Positions 1 to 13,450 of a stretch of 64,000 bases of DNA are shown here, piece after piece. The stretch covers positions 633,036 through 697,035 of the forward strand of contig RHPI01002048.1 of assembly GCA_009103225.1 (NCBI GenBank), read 5' to 3'. Numbering within the stretch: position 1 is the first letter of the stretch; the number at the start of each line of letters is the position of its first letter. Source of the stretch: Chlorokybus atmophyticus. Its lineage: Eukaryota; Plantae; Mesostigma and Chlorokybus algae. Under the pieces are notes generated by a model. That model ran no database searches. It saw only the letters and a program-made list of their open reading frames with translations, and was not told where the DNA came from. Made by a program: the position numbers and the translations under genes.

Positions 1-858
1 TGCCGGTGGAGGTGATGCTGGTGGCGCTGCAGCCTTGGCGGGGCTTTCCTTGACGGGAGCAGGCGCGGGTGCTGCTGCCGCGGGCGGCTCTGCATACCCA
101 TTGGCAAGAGGAGCTTTCGCGGATGCAGGAGCGGGAGCGGGAGCGGAAGCGCTGCCACCATCGAGGAAACGGAACACGTCGTTGAGGACATAGTAGCCCC
201 GTTCCTGGGGAGCCAAGAAGAAGGTCTGCACGAAATTGCGACAAGGGGTCTTCTTCGTGGTCAAGGTACCGGTGACCAGGACAATAACACCGCCATCAAG
301 TGAGTACTGGGAGTCCACCGTCAAAATCTCTGCTTTGGAATCCTCATACTCCAGGCCGGACACCTTGACATGAATATCCTGTGGATGGCAAACACAATTT
401 TCTTGTGAGTTTTCTGCATCGTCTGAGCAATGCAATGCCTGTAGCAGCCAAGCGCCATGTGCCAACAAGCTCACCCGCTGGCTTTTCACACTGTCCGCAG
501 GGGTGTCACTGCCAAATTCAGCATGCGTGAAGGTGCTGTCATCGGTGTAAAACCGATGCAAGAACCTTGGGGCGCTGTGCAGGACCTGGTAGTACTGAGT
601 GACGAAGGCCCTGCCAACCTGCAATTTGTCGAATCATCGAAGAGTTTGTGCCAAAATCTAGCCCCAACCGTACATACACATGACTGCCCTTGTGAGAGAT
701 ACTGAACCACAAGTACTTTTCTTAAGCTAGCGTACTGCCTTGTGCATGCACACACAGTGCTACGCCAGGAGATCTGATACTAGCAAATATGCAATACCCT
801 GCCTGACTACGAATATACTTACCACGGAAGGCAAGGGGCGGTCATCAGCAGTCGCCAT
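1..858 (-). CDS. G3BP-like NTF2-domain protein, 5' part; runs off the window start
   Basis: Spliced: MATADDRPLPSV | VGRAFVTQYYQVLHSAPRFLHRFYTDDST... | DIHVKV...ILTVDSQYSLDGGVIVLVTGTL...RNFVQTFFLAPQERGYYVLNDVFRF, then a Pro/Ala-rich linker. This is the NTF2 domain pattern of G3BP proteins. ATG at 858, coding exons about 618-475 and 378-1, with GT-AG sites; probable 5' UTR exon at about 1430-1213. Confidence 0.88.
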
Positions 859-1366
859 GGTGCGAAGAAGATGCTGCAAGCAAGCTTGTTACTGCGCACA
901 CGCAAATGCAGACTTATTAACAAGCAGCATAACTGACTGTAGCAAACCAATGTAGGAATTGTGAACACACTGAGCGCTTAAGCAGATTAACAACGAAGCA
1001 CCCAATAACAGCTGCGCAAGCAACGCAGACAGGTCGGGCCTTTATCAGACAAGTTTTGACCATGTAAGGCATGCACAAGAATGGGCAAATACACAAAAGA
1101 CTGTAGGAGTCAGTGACTAACTGTACAACAAGTGGTTGTTAGTAACGGTACCAACCCGCACCCGCCAAGATTGTTCAAACCCCTTCACCAGCGGCATCAA
1201 CCACCCTCACCTGGCTGCCGCAGGGCGCCGCCCTGCGCCTCAGAGAGAGGAAAAAATGCAGGAAAAGCTGCTCACGCGCTTGTCAAAAACCCCTTCGTCA
1301 ACGGCAGCAGCGCCGCGTCGTCGTCCTCGGCAGCGACAGGGGCAGCGCCGGCGACGATGGCGGCGA

Positions 1367-1397
<31 letters not shown>

Positions 1398-1420
1398 GGA
1401 CGCGTCCTCCAAAGCTGCCC

Positions 1421-1429
1421 AAACCCTAA
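1421..1429. promoter_or_regulatory. Telobox AAACCCTAA
   Basis: Exact AAACCCTAA in the divergent 5' region between the G3BP-like and coiled-coil genes. Confidence 0.6.
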
Positions 1430-1713
1430 CTGTTGGATATCGCGCCTGCCACAGAATACAAAAGCGTGTTTTGCGCGTGTTTCGGCTGTCACGTTTTCCC
1501 GTACGCCGCGTCTCTAGTATCTAAGTCTGGTCAGTGACAGCAGCCGCGCAATACAGCACGTTCTAGCAAGGGCGTCCAACGGTGTACAAATTTGACTAAA
1601 CGGCTGACCTACTTCTGAAACAGTGCGATTGAAAAGCGTTAGTCGTAACGCTCGGGTTTACGTTTAGCTTCTGAGTTTTGGGCTTAGGTTCAGTCTGGAA
1701 GGTGGTTGTTGTC

Positions 1714-2345
1714 ATGGGCGAGATGGACGGCGGCGGCGGTGGTGAGTTTGACGGGGAGGGAGACAGGGAGGGCGTCCGAGCAGGGGAGAAGGCGGCGCTA
1801 AAGCATAGTCTATCTGCGGTGAGGGGCCAGATCATGGCTGAATTTGACATCGCATTGCAGCTGTGTGGTTATAAATTGAGCAATGTGGCCCGTGTCAATC
1901 AACGTTTCACGCTATCTGAATTGTTCTACATGAGTGACTGCGGTATGCACAATTTTTCTTTGGATCAGTATCACCTTCTGGTAGCTTAGTTAGTTCGTCA
2001 CCTCACTCACGCTCCCAGTCACTCACTCACCCTGTCACCCACTCTCCCACTCACCCAGTCACTCACTTACCGCACTGCATGACAGCTTGCTCGTGGCTGA
2101 GTGCCATACTCACGCACTCACTCAGTCGTGCTAGCATACCTTTTCAACTAGAGTGAGTGAGCACACATGCATTCAACACATGCAATGGCTCAAGAAGTTA
2201 TCTGCAGCTGCGCTCGGTGCATGCGAGACTGGCGGACGCGCACGCACAGCTGCAGGCTCGACATGCGCGCCTCCTCGACGAAAAAGTGAGCTGTGGGTGT
2301 GGGTGGGTGGCTGGTGGTGATACGCGCACGTGTGTGTGTGTGTGT

Positions 2346-2381
<36 letters not shown>

Positions 2382-5300
2382 NNNNNNNNNNNNNNNNNNN
2401 NNNNNNNNNNNNNNNNNNNNNNNNNNNNNNNNNNNNNNNNNNNNNNNNNNNNNNNNNNNNNNNNNNNNNNNNNNNNNNNNNNNNNNNNNNNNNNNNNNNN
2501 NNNNNNNNNNNNNNNNNNNNNNNNNNNNNNNNNNNNNNNNNNNNNNNNNNNNNNNNNNNNNNNNNNNNNNNNNNNNNNNNNNNNNNNNNNNNNNNNNNNN
2601 NNNNNNNNNNNNNNNNNNNNNNNNNNNNNNNNCCCCCCCCCCCCCTCCCCCCCATACGGCACACATGCACGCGCCCGTGTTGTTCCTCATGTGTACTCAT
2701 ATATGTATACTAGCAATGTGAGTGTGATGTCAGTTTCTTCCCATTGGTGTAGGTGGTGGTGGAAACCGAGGCACGGCGCACCTGCGACACTCTGCGTGCC
2801 GAACTTGCAAACGTTCGCGGGTACTAACTTGCTGAGAGATAAATTGCAAGCACTGCTTGCGTGCATGTGCGTGTTTCTCCATGGGCGCGCGCGCATGTGC
2901 ATGTGTATGCGCGTGTGTAAACTGTATGCACAAGACTGGTGCGGAACACGCCTGTATAAAGAAAACAGTCACTGCCTCTAGGGGACAGTGCAATGTCTGA
3001 CATGACATGCAGAAACATGATGGTTTGCGACCTTGCAGCCGTGAGACAAGCGGTGCTGATCAAGCAAAGTCATTACATCAAGCCGAGAATGATGCAGCAG
3101 AAGCCCAAGAAGCCCTCAGTGCTACCAGGCGCAAATGCACACAACTGCAGCAGGTACCATACAGGCTCGCAGATCGTCAACCGGTGGATCCATGCACGCT
3201 GTTCACACAACACACACGCACACGCGTTTGGGCGCAGAAGCACGCGCAGGTGAACGAGCATGCACGCACACGCACACATGTTTCTCAACAGGAGCTTCAT
3301 GTGGCGCGGTTGCAAGCAGGTCAAGCAACTGCACGCTCAGATGCGCTGAGCACAAGCCTGCAGCAAAAGGTGTGCATGCCCCCCCCCCAACAACAGCGCA
3401 GCTTGTCAAGTCCAAAACTTATCAGAAACCCAACATCAACTCACAGGATGCTAGGCACGAGCGCGAGTTGGAGGCGATGCGTGCGGATTACAAGGCCGCA
3501 TTGGTGGAGGCGGAAGAGCGGGTGCGTGTGGAAGAGCAGAAGCGACTCGAGGAAGGTATGTGTGTGAGATTAGTGGTTGACAAGCATGTGGTCAGTGTGG
3601 AGGTAGCTACCATGTCACACCGTGTGCTCGTGTTAGTTGGTGGGCGGGAGTATGCCACTGGCGCGGATGACCGCAGCAGAGCATTGGCACTCGAGAAGGA
3701 CCTCGCGGCTGCGACGAGGCGCATGGCGTGCTTGGAACAGGAGGTTGCAGACATTAGGTGCGTGCGCGTCACTTGCAGGGTATACTAGCCGGCATGTTGG
3801 TTGCCACTGTAAGACATGGAGTGATGTAATCAGTTTCTCAACAGTGGCTATTAGGCACCCACACAGGACAAGACACATATCCCGTCGCATGCATATGCAT
3901 ACGCATGCACACATTTGCACGCAAGCAGGTACACTTACGCATGCTCACTTGCACAAAAGCTTATGCATACAGTGTCAGCACGCCCACGCACGCACAAATG
4001 CGCCATACACGCAAGCGCGCGCGCGCACGCGCACACACACACACTCTCTCTCAATGCAGGCGCGACAAGGACGACGCCGTGTCCACAGCCTACGCCTCTG
4101 CAGCCGAAGCCGAAGCTCGAGCGCGTAACGCGGATATCACCGCTGCAGCCCACCTCCGCCAGATCGACACCCTCACCGGCAAGGTGCGGTGTTGGACACC
4201 TGCCTCCAGACCCACACACCCACACACCCACGCTATCGCCTCCAGGGTCCACACGCGTGTTGTCCCTCAGGTGTCGCACTTGGAGCGTGAGTTGGTGAAG
4301 GCTGCTGATGCGTGCGACGGGCTTCACGCCGCGCTGGCCGCCGCTGCACGCGACCGCGCCGCCGCCGTGGCCAGCGTCGAGGAACGCGCAAAGCTCGCCG
4401 AGTGAGTGTTTGGAGAAAGTGGCGTTGTTGCTGACTGTGAAGTTGCTTTTGCTTTGCTTCAGTTGTTCATGCATACCTTGTACACGCAGTCAGGATAATC
4501 AATTTCCCAAGAGTGCTTTGTTCACTTTTGCAATCCTGCTTAGTGTGTTCAAATGCTCGTGTGTGCGTCAAACCACCAAGGCAAATTGGGGTCACTGAGC
4601 TCATACTGCGTGCTTGTTGAACACGCACGTGTTCAACTCATGTTGTGTCACACCCGCAGTGCAGAAAAGGCGGCTTCAGAAGCTCGACGACGTGCAGCAG
4701 AACGCGAGGCTGGGGAGGTAGCATTGTCATTGCAATGTGACACTGCACTGAAGGTTGAGCTTATGGTTGTCTTGATTTGTGCGCAGCTGCAGGCGGAGTG
4801 CGTGCGTCTTGCTGCCAGCGCGGACTCGCGGCTTGAGGAGAGCGAGGGGAGGGCGCGAGAGATCCTGGAGGGCAACGCACGCGACATGCAGCGCAAAATA
4901 CTTGATGTATGTGCGAGAGCGTGTACTTGTACCTGATGTCACTCACGACAATAAGCACGCAAGCACGCACGTGCGCTCGCACGCACGTGCGCTCGCACGC
5001 ACGCACGCACGCATATGCATACACGCACACGCGCACACACATATGCACATGTACACGCATGCACACGTGCACACACACATGCACACAAGCAGAGAGGTGC
5101 CCCTCAGAGCGCAGCACTGTTGTGCTGAGCAGAGTGGACCTGTGTTTAACTCCTCCTCATTGTCACACAAACCAGGTGAAAGACCGTGCGGATGAGATCC
5201 GCGTTGCATTAGATCGCGACCTCCTCGAGACCCGCATGCGTCTGGAGCACGAGGCCGAGGGCCGCGCGCAGGCCGAGCGTCGTCACGCCGACGAGACAGA

Positions 5301-6761
5301 ACAGCTCCAACGCGTACGTGATGCTGCTTGTGTTACAACTCCTTTGTGCACATACCCATATAGTGTACGTGTGGTATATCGCTCAGGAGCTGGAGGCCGT
5401 GCGTAAGGAAGCTGCCGGCGTGCGTGCCGAAGGGAAGGGCGTGTCGAATGCGGTGGAGCGCGAGCGTGCGGAAGCGAATGAAGCGAGAAGGAGGGCGGAG
5501 GGGCTCGCGGAGGAAGTGGGTGTTGTTGTTATAGTTGTTGTTGTTGTGGTGGTGGTGGTGGTGTGAGACATGTGCATGCTGTGCCTGTTTTTCTGCAGGT
5601 GAGTGTGCTGCAAAGTGAGTATAGGCACCTTCAAGAAAAGCACAGGGAGGTGCTGGCAGCCAAGACTGAGCTCGTGTAAGTATGTAGACGTCACTAGGAG
5701 TACACACAACAGTAGCAGAGTGACAAGCAGACCCTCTTGTGTCACGCGCACACACACGCACACCCACACACTCTTTCTCTCTTCAGCCACGCCAAGCAAG
5801 CGCACGACACGAGCGTTTCCGCCCTTCGCGCCGAGCTCTCTAACGCTCGCCTCGCCCTCGACCGCACGCGCGCCGACAACGCCGCCGCTGCCGATGCCGC
5901 CAAGGTGAGGGGCCCTGCTGCCATGTTGCCACGTTGTGGTTGTTGTGGTTGTGGTTGTGATTCGACGGTCTGTGTGCAGAGGGCGTGGGCTGTGGAGAGG
6001 AGCGTGTTGGCGAGGAGAGCCGCGGAGGCTGTGAGGAGCGCAGAGGGGCAGGCGGCGCGGGATCGCGAGGCTGCTGAGAGGGTATGCGTGTGTGTGTGTG
6101 TGGATGTGCGAGTGCTTGCATGCGCTTGTGCTGGTATGTTTATGCGCGAGTTGGGTTAAGTGTGGATGCGCTTTTGGACGTACGTGACTATCAGCGTGAG
6201 CGAACATGCGTACGCGCATGTGTACGCATGCGTGCGTACTTGTGTCCCTCACACACGCGCGCGAGCATGAGCTCGTACATGCATGTGCTTGTTTGTTGTT
6301 TGCTGCGCAACTAGGGCGAATCCGGCATGCTGATGTCGTGTGGCCTTGTCAGCAACTCACCTATTATGCCACATTGTCTTTGCAGAAAGCACACAGGGCG
6401 AGCAAGGAGGTGGCTGCCCTGGCTGCCGAGCGCGCCCTCCTGCTCGCGCGCGTGGCAGACCTCGAGTCCGAAACAAGAACCTTACAGGCGAGACTAAGTT
6501 ACACGTTCTCTCTCGTGCAACGTGTCAACTGGAACAACTAGTTCGGGCTGAGTCATGGCGTGTCATCCCAATGTGTTGGCTTGTGTACAGGGCACTGGTG
6601 TCGGAGGAGAAGCAGCCAAGCAGCCTGTACAGATGGACAGCTCTGCGGCGGAGGAGGTGCGCGCGGAGTTGAGGGATATATGGCGAAGGCAGGAGCGCAT
6701 GTTGAGAGGGGAGGGGGCTAGTGCTGCTGCTGGAGGAGGGGGTGTGCCTGCGGGGGCGTGA
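1714..6761 (+). CDS. Multi-exon long coiled-coil protein of unknown function
   Basis: ATG 1714 (MGEMDGGGG...). Many short Ala/Glu/Arg-rich heptad exons with GT-AG borders (e.g. ARHERELEAMRADYKAALVEAEERVRVEEQKRLEE; VSHLERELVKAADACDGLHAALAAAARDRAAAVASVEERAKLAE), separated by (CA)/(GC)-rich introns; stop TGA 6759-6761. One intron contains an N gap. Confidence 0.65.
2347..2645. repeat. Poly-C tracts flanking an N gap
   Basis: C runs on both sides of about 250 Ns. Confidence 0.9.
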
Positions 6762-7245
6762 GGAGGGTTGATCGGTGTGGCATCGGTGTTTCACGATAAG
6801 AGTATTCACTGATTGGGGGACTCATTCATCTGCAATTACACACGTATGCACGCGCTGGGCAAGTGTGCCACGACAAGGCGTCCTGAGCTAGAACAGTTGT
6901 GCAGCGACCCAAGGCTGTGACAGACAGCTTGCGCGTCAAGTTAATATATATATATATATATATATATATTAACTTGACGCGCAAGCTGTCTGTCACAGCC
7001 TTGGGTCGCTGCACAACTGTTCTAGCTCAGGACGCCTTGTCGTGGCACACTTGCCCAGCGCGTGCATACGTGTGTAATTGCAGATGAATGAGTCCCCCAA
7101 TCAGTGAATACTCTTATCGTGAAACACCGATGCCACACCGATCAACCCTCCTCACGCCCCCGCAGGCACACCCCCTCCTCCAGCAGCAGCACTAGCCCCC
7201 TCCCCTCTCAACATGCGCTCCTGCCTTCGCCATATATCCCTCAAC
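6668..7245. repeat. 578-bp perfect palindrome centred on an (AT)n tract
   Basis: Left and right halves are exact reverse complements (paired ORFs 6826..7014- and 6899..7087+ translate identically); the right arm ends at a single N (7246). Confidence 0.9.
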
Positions 7246-7817
7246 NTGTTGTACACCTACCCCTCCGGTCTCCCTGCCTGCACCCACTGCCATATTTGCA
7301 CGCACGCACGCGCATTTACGTAGTATAGTGGTTGGTAAGCTAGGTGAGCTTGGCAACTACACCCCCCCGGCCAAATCTGCAAGCATTACCTTGCTGATGT
7401 GCATAGCATTCTGTGCAGTGCCTACTACTACTACTTCATCTTGCATCATCTTTTATACCGCATGCGATACAAGCTTCAAGTTTGCACAGGCATGGCACCC
7501 ACATACACATGTACTTGCGCAGGCACACATGGTGATTGCGTGTTGTGTGGTGGACAGTGCTTGTGCCGTGTATCGGAGCAAACGACTAATGGCACACCTG
7601 CGCTCACGACACACACACGGTTCCCCAAGACACGCACAACTCACATACAACACACCCCTCCATTGATGCCAGGCAATGTTGGCACCAAAGTCTAGCCCCA
7701 TTTCAATGTTGAGAAGCATTCAAAGTGTTTCAAGATGGTCGGTTACTGCACCACACTGCACTCTGTACAAAACAAGAGGTACGTCTTCTACGCCACCGAA
7801 CAGTGTGACGTGCCATG

Positions 7818-8094
7818 TCAGTATTGCAGTCTTGGCGGCATCGGCCACACCGTCTGTGCAGAGGAGTCAAGGGGACATTGAATAAGTGAGGCAAATGTAG
7901 CTGCATGCAGGACAACAAAAGCAAAAGGCGACATCATGGCAACAGGGCGGATATCAGAGTCCAGGTCGATGTCGACAGGCGCGTCATAGATTTCGAGAAA
8001 CTCCTCCAGCGTCGGAGGCTCGTCGGCCAATATCACTGCACAGTGGAGCGGCACATGAGCTTGATACTTGCTGACACAACTCAGCAAGTCTCAC

Positions 8095-8126
<32 letters not shown>

Positions 8127-9844
8127 GCTCCTTGCCTCCGTATATGTTGTCCGCTTCGCACGGGAGCAGGTCAGATGATGCGAGCGTCTCTAGCGTGGAC
8201 TCCAAGTCAGCCTGAATGATAAACATTGGAGTTTTCGGTTAATGTTGGCAAGCAAGTGCATCCGCAGCGATCAACCGCTCAATCCGTCTGTGCTACCTTG
8301 GAGACGGTAGCAAGGTAATGGCCCAACTTGATGAGCTTCAGGTTGATACTTGACACCTAAATTAAAATCAACCACGACATGATTCAGTCAACTGCTCTGC
8401 TTGTGGTTTCATTTGTTGTGACTCACCAAGTCAACCAACTTAGCAGGGTTCTCGGCTATCTCCGTCGAGTGCTGCATGTTGACGTACCCGCACACCCAAC
8501 TCGCGTACGCCCTTGTCGGAAACTACAAACACATACACACGCAACATGTGAGACATAAAAACCCACCAGCCCCACAGACATACAAGTAAACCCGTTACAT
8601 CTTCTGTGGCGGCGACGATGCGTATGTTCCTTAGCGGACCCTCGCTGCCCTTGCATTGAGCCCTCAACTCCCTCAACAGCCCCATCACAGTCCTCGTCGA
8701 CGCCTGCGTAACAACACGGTCAACACACACACACACACACACGCACACACGCGCGCGCACGCGCACGCGCACGCGCACACGCACACGCACACGCCGACCC
8801 ACACACACACACACGCGCGCGTTCTCTCCCCCCCACTCACTTCGACGCAGTGCACGATGCACGTCGGAAACACCAGCAGCGCCCCCGTCTCGCGGTCCGC
8901 CGCCGTGCTGGTGATGTTGTTGTTGTTGTTGTTGGCTCCTCCTTGGGCTGAAGATGATGCGTCCCCGCGAGCGCGCTTCAGGGCGTCCTCATGCCAGACT
9001 GCATCAGCGCGTGGATGTGTGAGTAGTGTGGGGGAGAATCTTGTGTGTATATTGTGTAGCACAATGGATCTAGAGCATGCAAGTGCAAGCTGTGCTTAGT
9101 GATTGAATTGCTTGTTTCTGTGTGGACGTGTGCGCGCATACGCTTGCGCGCGCGTGCAACTGTGTGCGCGTTTGCTTTCACGTGCAGCGCGTGTGCATGC
9201 GCGTGTGTGTACAGATGTATACGTGCGCACTTGCCTTTGATGTGGGCTTTGTTGGGTGCGCGGTCGGCAAGCGCGGCCATGTACACGATGCGGCTCTGCG
9301 GCACAACCTGCGTGACACCGCCAACAACACTGTGTCCGCATGTTGTTATGCACAACAACAGGTTCAAAGAGAAATGACAAGCACATGTTCCCATCGGTCC
9401 AACCACAACTGCAATAGAGGACTTTTAATCGGGCAATGTTGGATTGTGGTAATGTGTGTGAATGTGAGCGTAAGATACTAGCATAGCACTGTTCAACCTC
9501 GATGCAAGGCCGTCAACAGCTGGCCAAACCAACATGAGAAAAAGTAAGAAAGTAAGGAAAAGCAATATTTGAGGCACTCGCAGTTCATGAAGTTGTTCAA
9601 AGAGGTTCGTAGAAGAAGACTCTTGCCACACTCAAAAACTCAACATCATCAGAACGCTTGTTTGTGTACAATCACAGGACCACAACAACACGAACAAATA
9701 CGTTGATGTAGTCGAGAAATGCACTGTTACTGACAGCCCACTTGATTGATCAGTTAGTTAGTTGGTTACTTGGCCTTGCTTCTGCAGCTTCTCCTGCACC
9801 ACATCCAGCAGCGACTTCTTCGGCACCTCTATTGCATCATCCAT
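7818..9844 (-). CDS. DYBLUP/MOT7/TEX47-like dynein-associated BLUF-fold protein
   Basis: Spliced product: MDDAIEVPKKSLLDVVQEKLQKQGQ|VVPQSRIVYMAALADR...|VWHEDALKRAR...RETGALLVFPTCIVHCVE|ASTRTVMGLLRELR...NIRIVAATED|VPTRAYASW-like...|...PTLEEFLEIYDAPVDIDLDSD|TVWPMPPRLQY*. TG-LL-(F/Y)P--I-H--E, I-I-----(D)-P-R-(F/Y)--W and the terminal LDS---WP match the TEX47/MOT7 family as I recall it. Confidence 0.72.
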
Positions 9845-10884
9845 TGCAGCACTATGTGGTACAGTATATATTGTAAGACACTACCCCACACCCGCCCACC
9901 CTCCAAGCCTATGTGTGTATGTCACTGCATGTATCTGATGTGTTCCCCTGTTCCTGCCTCCTTCTTCTTCTTTACCTACATGGATGTAATACCCCCCCAC
10001 CGCCAAGGTGCCAAGCCAACAACCAAGCCAAGCATCACACTGCTGAGGTGGTTGTGCGGGAGAGTTGTGTCACAATCTGCACACATTTTACATCTGTTTG
10101 GTTTTGTTCAGTTTGTATATATCCGCCCAGCCTCACGTGACTGCCTGATATCTGTGTTATTGCGTCGATACACACGTCAGCAGAATTGGATCGTTAGGCT
10201 CAGTGAACCATCTACAATCTTGACTGAACCTGTTGTAAACCCGCACTGATCCAGATCGTTGACTGAATGCCCGAAGCGGCGGCATTATTGTCAGCATTGT
10301 TGGCGTCGTTGGCGGCGGCGGCGGCGGCGGTGGGCAGCTTGCTGCGGGAGGGAGCGTTGATTGGTTATTGCCATTTCCGTGCCTGCAGTAAGGAGATGGT
10401 GGGTAGGTGGACGATGCGGCGGCTGTGAGGTGGGCTGTGAGGCGGGCATATGGGCTGCCAGCCGAGCAAGGTGAGGGGGCCGTGTCTGCTTCTTTCCTTG
10501 TATGTGTGGATGCTGCAGTTAGGGTTTGGTCATATACGGGTGTGTCTACATTGACTGTTCACTCAGAGAAGTTCACGCGCTTCCATGATGTGACGCGCAA
10601 TGGACTGATCTATATTCAAGTGACAGTGCGATAAGCAAGCCACGACCAAACCAAACAAGAAACAAACAATCTCGTGATTGATAGTTCTGTCATGACGTCA
10701 CTGTAGGTGATCACGTCAAAGCTTCCTGTTGTCATGCTTGCATTGACTTTAAGCACAACCACTGTACTTGATGTATGTTCATCACTGCTGTTGCATTGTT
10801 GTCTTTGCCATTGGTACAGCTCGTGTCATGGCGACAATGATGTTGGTAACGATGATGCTGATGATAATTGCATACAATCAGAAC

Positions 10885-13450
10885 ATGCACGAGATGGCGT
10901 CCGCCCCCCAAGCTACAGCGAGTCAGCCGCATCACCTGCTTCCCGTTGCTGATAACAGCGTAAAGAAGGACCCAACATCAGCCGTTGTTGCTACTGACAG
11001 TACCGCCAGCAACACTATCATTACTACAAGTGTTGCTATGAGTACATTTTCAGATCCGGATAAGGCAGCCAGTAATGGCGAACAGCCTCAACAAGTTGCA
11101 TTGTCTCAAGTCAACGATGATATCAATACGGATGGCACGGAAGAAAGAGGTGAGCCTCTCTCACGCGCCGATGTCGCCGATCCTGACGCCTATGTCACCC
11201 CCGAGCCCAGCACGAGCGCACCACACTTCTCTACAGAGGTGAGAGTCATGAGCACAGGGAAATGATTGTGTGTTGCACAACCCAACTGACGCTCGAGCTG
11301 TTGTTTGTCAGGTGCATGCTTTGACCCACATCGGCTTTGGCCCGTTGAAGCGGGAAAATCAGGTGACTTGTGTGTGTAACGTGTTGTATTTTGTGGTTGT
11401 GGTTGTATTGTACAGAAGCCAAGCAATCAGCAACCACAATGAACACGGGTGAAAGAGTCAGGTGACAGATACATGTTGACTCGTTTGTTCTCAGGACACG
11501 TTTTACGTAAAGGAGAACTTTTTAAGCCGGGAAGGGCAGGGGCTATTTTGTGTGTTTGACGGCCATGGCTCTAAAGGTACATTGGTCACTGTTGTTGGGG
11601 TTGACTCAACTTCACATTGCCAGCGCATGCAGAGGTTTCCATCTCAGTCGAGAGTCTTACTCAACCCCATTCTGTAGGTAGAGCGGTGGCGACCTTTGCA
11701 CAAGAGCAACTGCCGGCCATACTTTCGAGTCTGCTTGACCCCTCGCAGGTCTGATACCGTCAACCCAACGTACCCACAATTGTTACTTGGCGGTATAATG
11801 CGTGCACTATGCTTACTTGCGCCATATGCCGGTTGTCTTCAGGACAAGCACGCGTTGGAGATGTCTGCCAGAGAAGCCATCAAGCAAGCATTCTTGGGCA
11901 CCCATGAGGCCCTTAGAGAGGCAAGTAATAATAGTTCACTGCAAGGGCTTTACACAAATACGGTCAACGCGCATTGCGATGCATTATACTGCTCAGCACT
12001 TGGGTTTGAGATGACCTTTAGCACCCAAAGTTTACGTAGAGAGTTTGTCGCTGACTGGCATGCGAGTGATGATGTTGGTTTGTGTGTTATGGCAGTCGTC
12101 AATAGACACGTCGGTGTCGGGCTCGACGGTCTCGGTGGTGCTGCTGACGGATGATGGGGAGGTTGTGGTGGGCAGCGCGGGTGACTCGCGTGTGCTCCTT
12201 GCCACGCGGAGGCCACGCAAGAGCGTTTCTGCCCTCGGTGCGAGCAGGACCAGCGAGGACGATGATGAGGCACGCGACAACTATGATGACGGCGTGCCAC
12301 TGCTGCGGCTGGCGGCGGAGCCCCTCAGCCAGGACCACCGTCCGGGCAGGCCCGATGAGCGCGAGCGGGTTGAGGCCGCCGGTGGACGCGTGCAGGCCAA
12401 ACGGACTGAGTACGTCTCTTTCATGTCTCCTGCATGGATGCGTATGTTGGGTTTTCAGTGCATGCGCAGCGTGAGACATCTTTGCCAGCCGTTGCATGGA
12501 GGTCGATTTAATGATTTGTTGTCAGTGGTGGAGTTGTGCTTGTGTATTGCTTCTGGTTTAAACAGTGCACGGTAGCCATGTTGGCTTAGGTGTCCTGGGG
12601 GTAACAGAATCAGTCCTTCAAACCTTGTGGAGGGTCAATCCCCTGCCATTGTTTATGTATCGTAGTTACAGTAGCAACAAGCGCGTGTTTTGCAGGTGCT
12701 CGCTGTTTTGCTGTCTATGTCTTCCGTGCGGGTGCGTGCTTTCCCCAAAGCAGTCTTTGTTTCGTCGTGTGTATTAGCCTCTGCATTGCTTGCATTTGGC
12801 ATCATCAGAGCAGCTTTCTCTTCACTTTTTCAGGCATGGAGTCACCGTTGGCGAGCCCCGCATCTGGCTCAAGGATATCGACATGCCGGGTAAGTTGTGC
12901 ATCCCAACCACGCATGATTAGTACATGCAATGCAACACAGAACTGAACGGTGTGGCTTGCTGCAGGTTTGTTGGTATCGCGTGCGTTGGGTGATGATATC
13001 GCCGCCAGCGTGGGCTGCTCGGCCGAGCCCGAATTGACCAGCAGGCGCATTGATGCGCGGTGGGATCGATATCTCATCATTGCCAGCGACGGGGTGTGTT
13101 TTCTCGCTTGTTACAACGCATATGTTTCAGTATGCAGAGTTGCTTGGGTACTGAAACAACTTGTGTGACATCCAGATTTGGGATGTGCTCAATAACCAGC
13201 GCGTGGTCAATCTCTGCATTGACAAAAGTGCACAAGATGCCTGTGAAGCTATCCTTCAGGTCAGGCCTTTGTCATTATTGCTGCATGTTGGACCCGTGTG
13301 TATGCACTGCTTTCTGACGCAGGTTAATATGCTTTATTTTGCTTGTATCAGGAAGCATTGCTGGAGTGGGAGGATCGGCACCTTGCCGACAACATCACCA
13401 TTATTCTTGTTAAGTTCAACCCTGTAGTTGAGGTTGCAAGCCTCAGCTAG
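10885..13450 (+). CDS. Protein phosphatase 2C (PPM family); true start uncertain, possible upstream exon near 10400-10475
   Basis: Motifs KRENQD, LCVFDGHG, SGSTVSVV, GSAGDSRVLL, LSQDHRPGRPDERERVEAAGGRV, LLVSRALGD, LIIASDG|IWDVL, ADNITII; stop TAG 13448-13450. Confidence 0.92.

Noticed and set aside
1421-1429. AAACCCTAA as interstitial telomere
   Set aside because: Single isolated units in promoters, not tandem arrays; treated as teloboxes.
2003-2120. Degenerate CACTCAC repeats in the first intron of the coiled-coil gene
   Set aside because: Low-complexity intronic sequence like the many CA/GC-rich introns here; no higher-order structure.
2157-2981. Poly-Pro/poly-Gly ORFs with X runs (also 36062-36377)
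   Set aside because: Artifacts of poly-C tracts and N gaps.
9425-9631. ORF WQESSSTNLFEQLHELRVPQI as an exon of the DYBLUP-like gene
   Set aside because: Flanking exons join in phase 0 without it and match the family pattern better.
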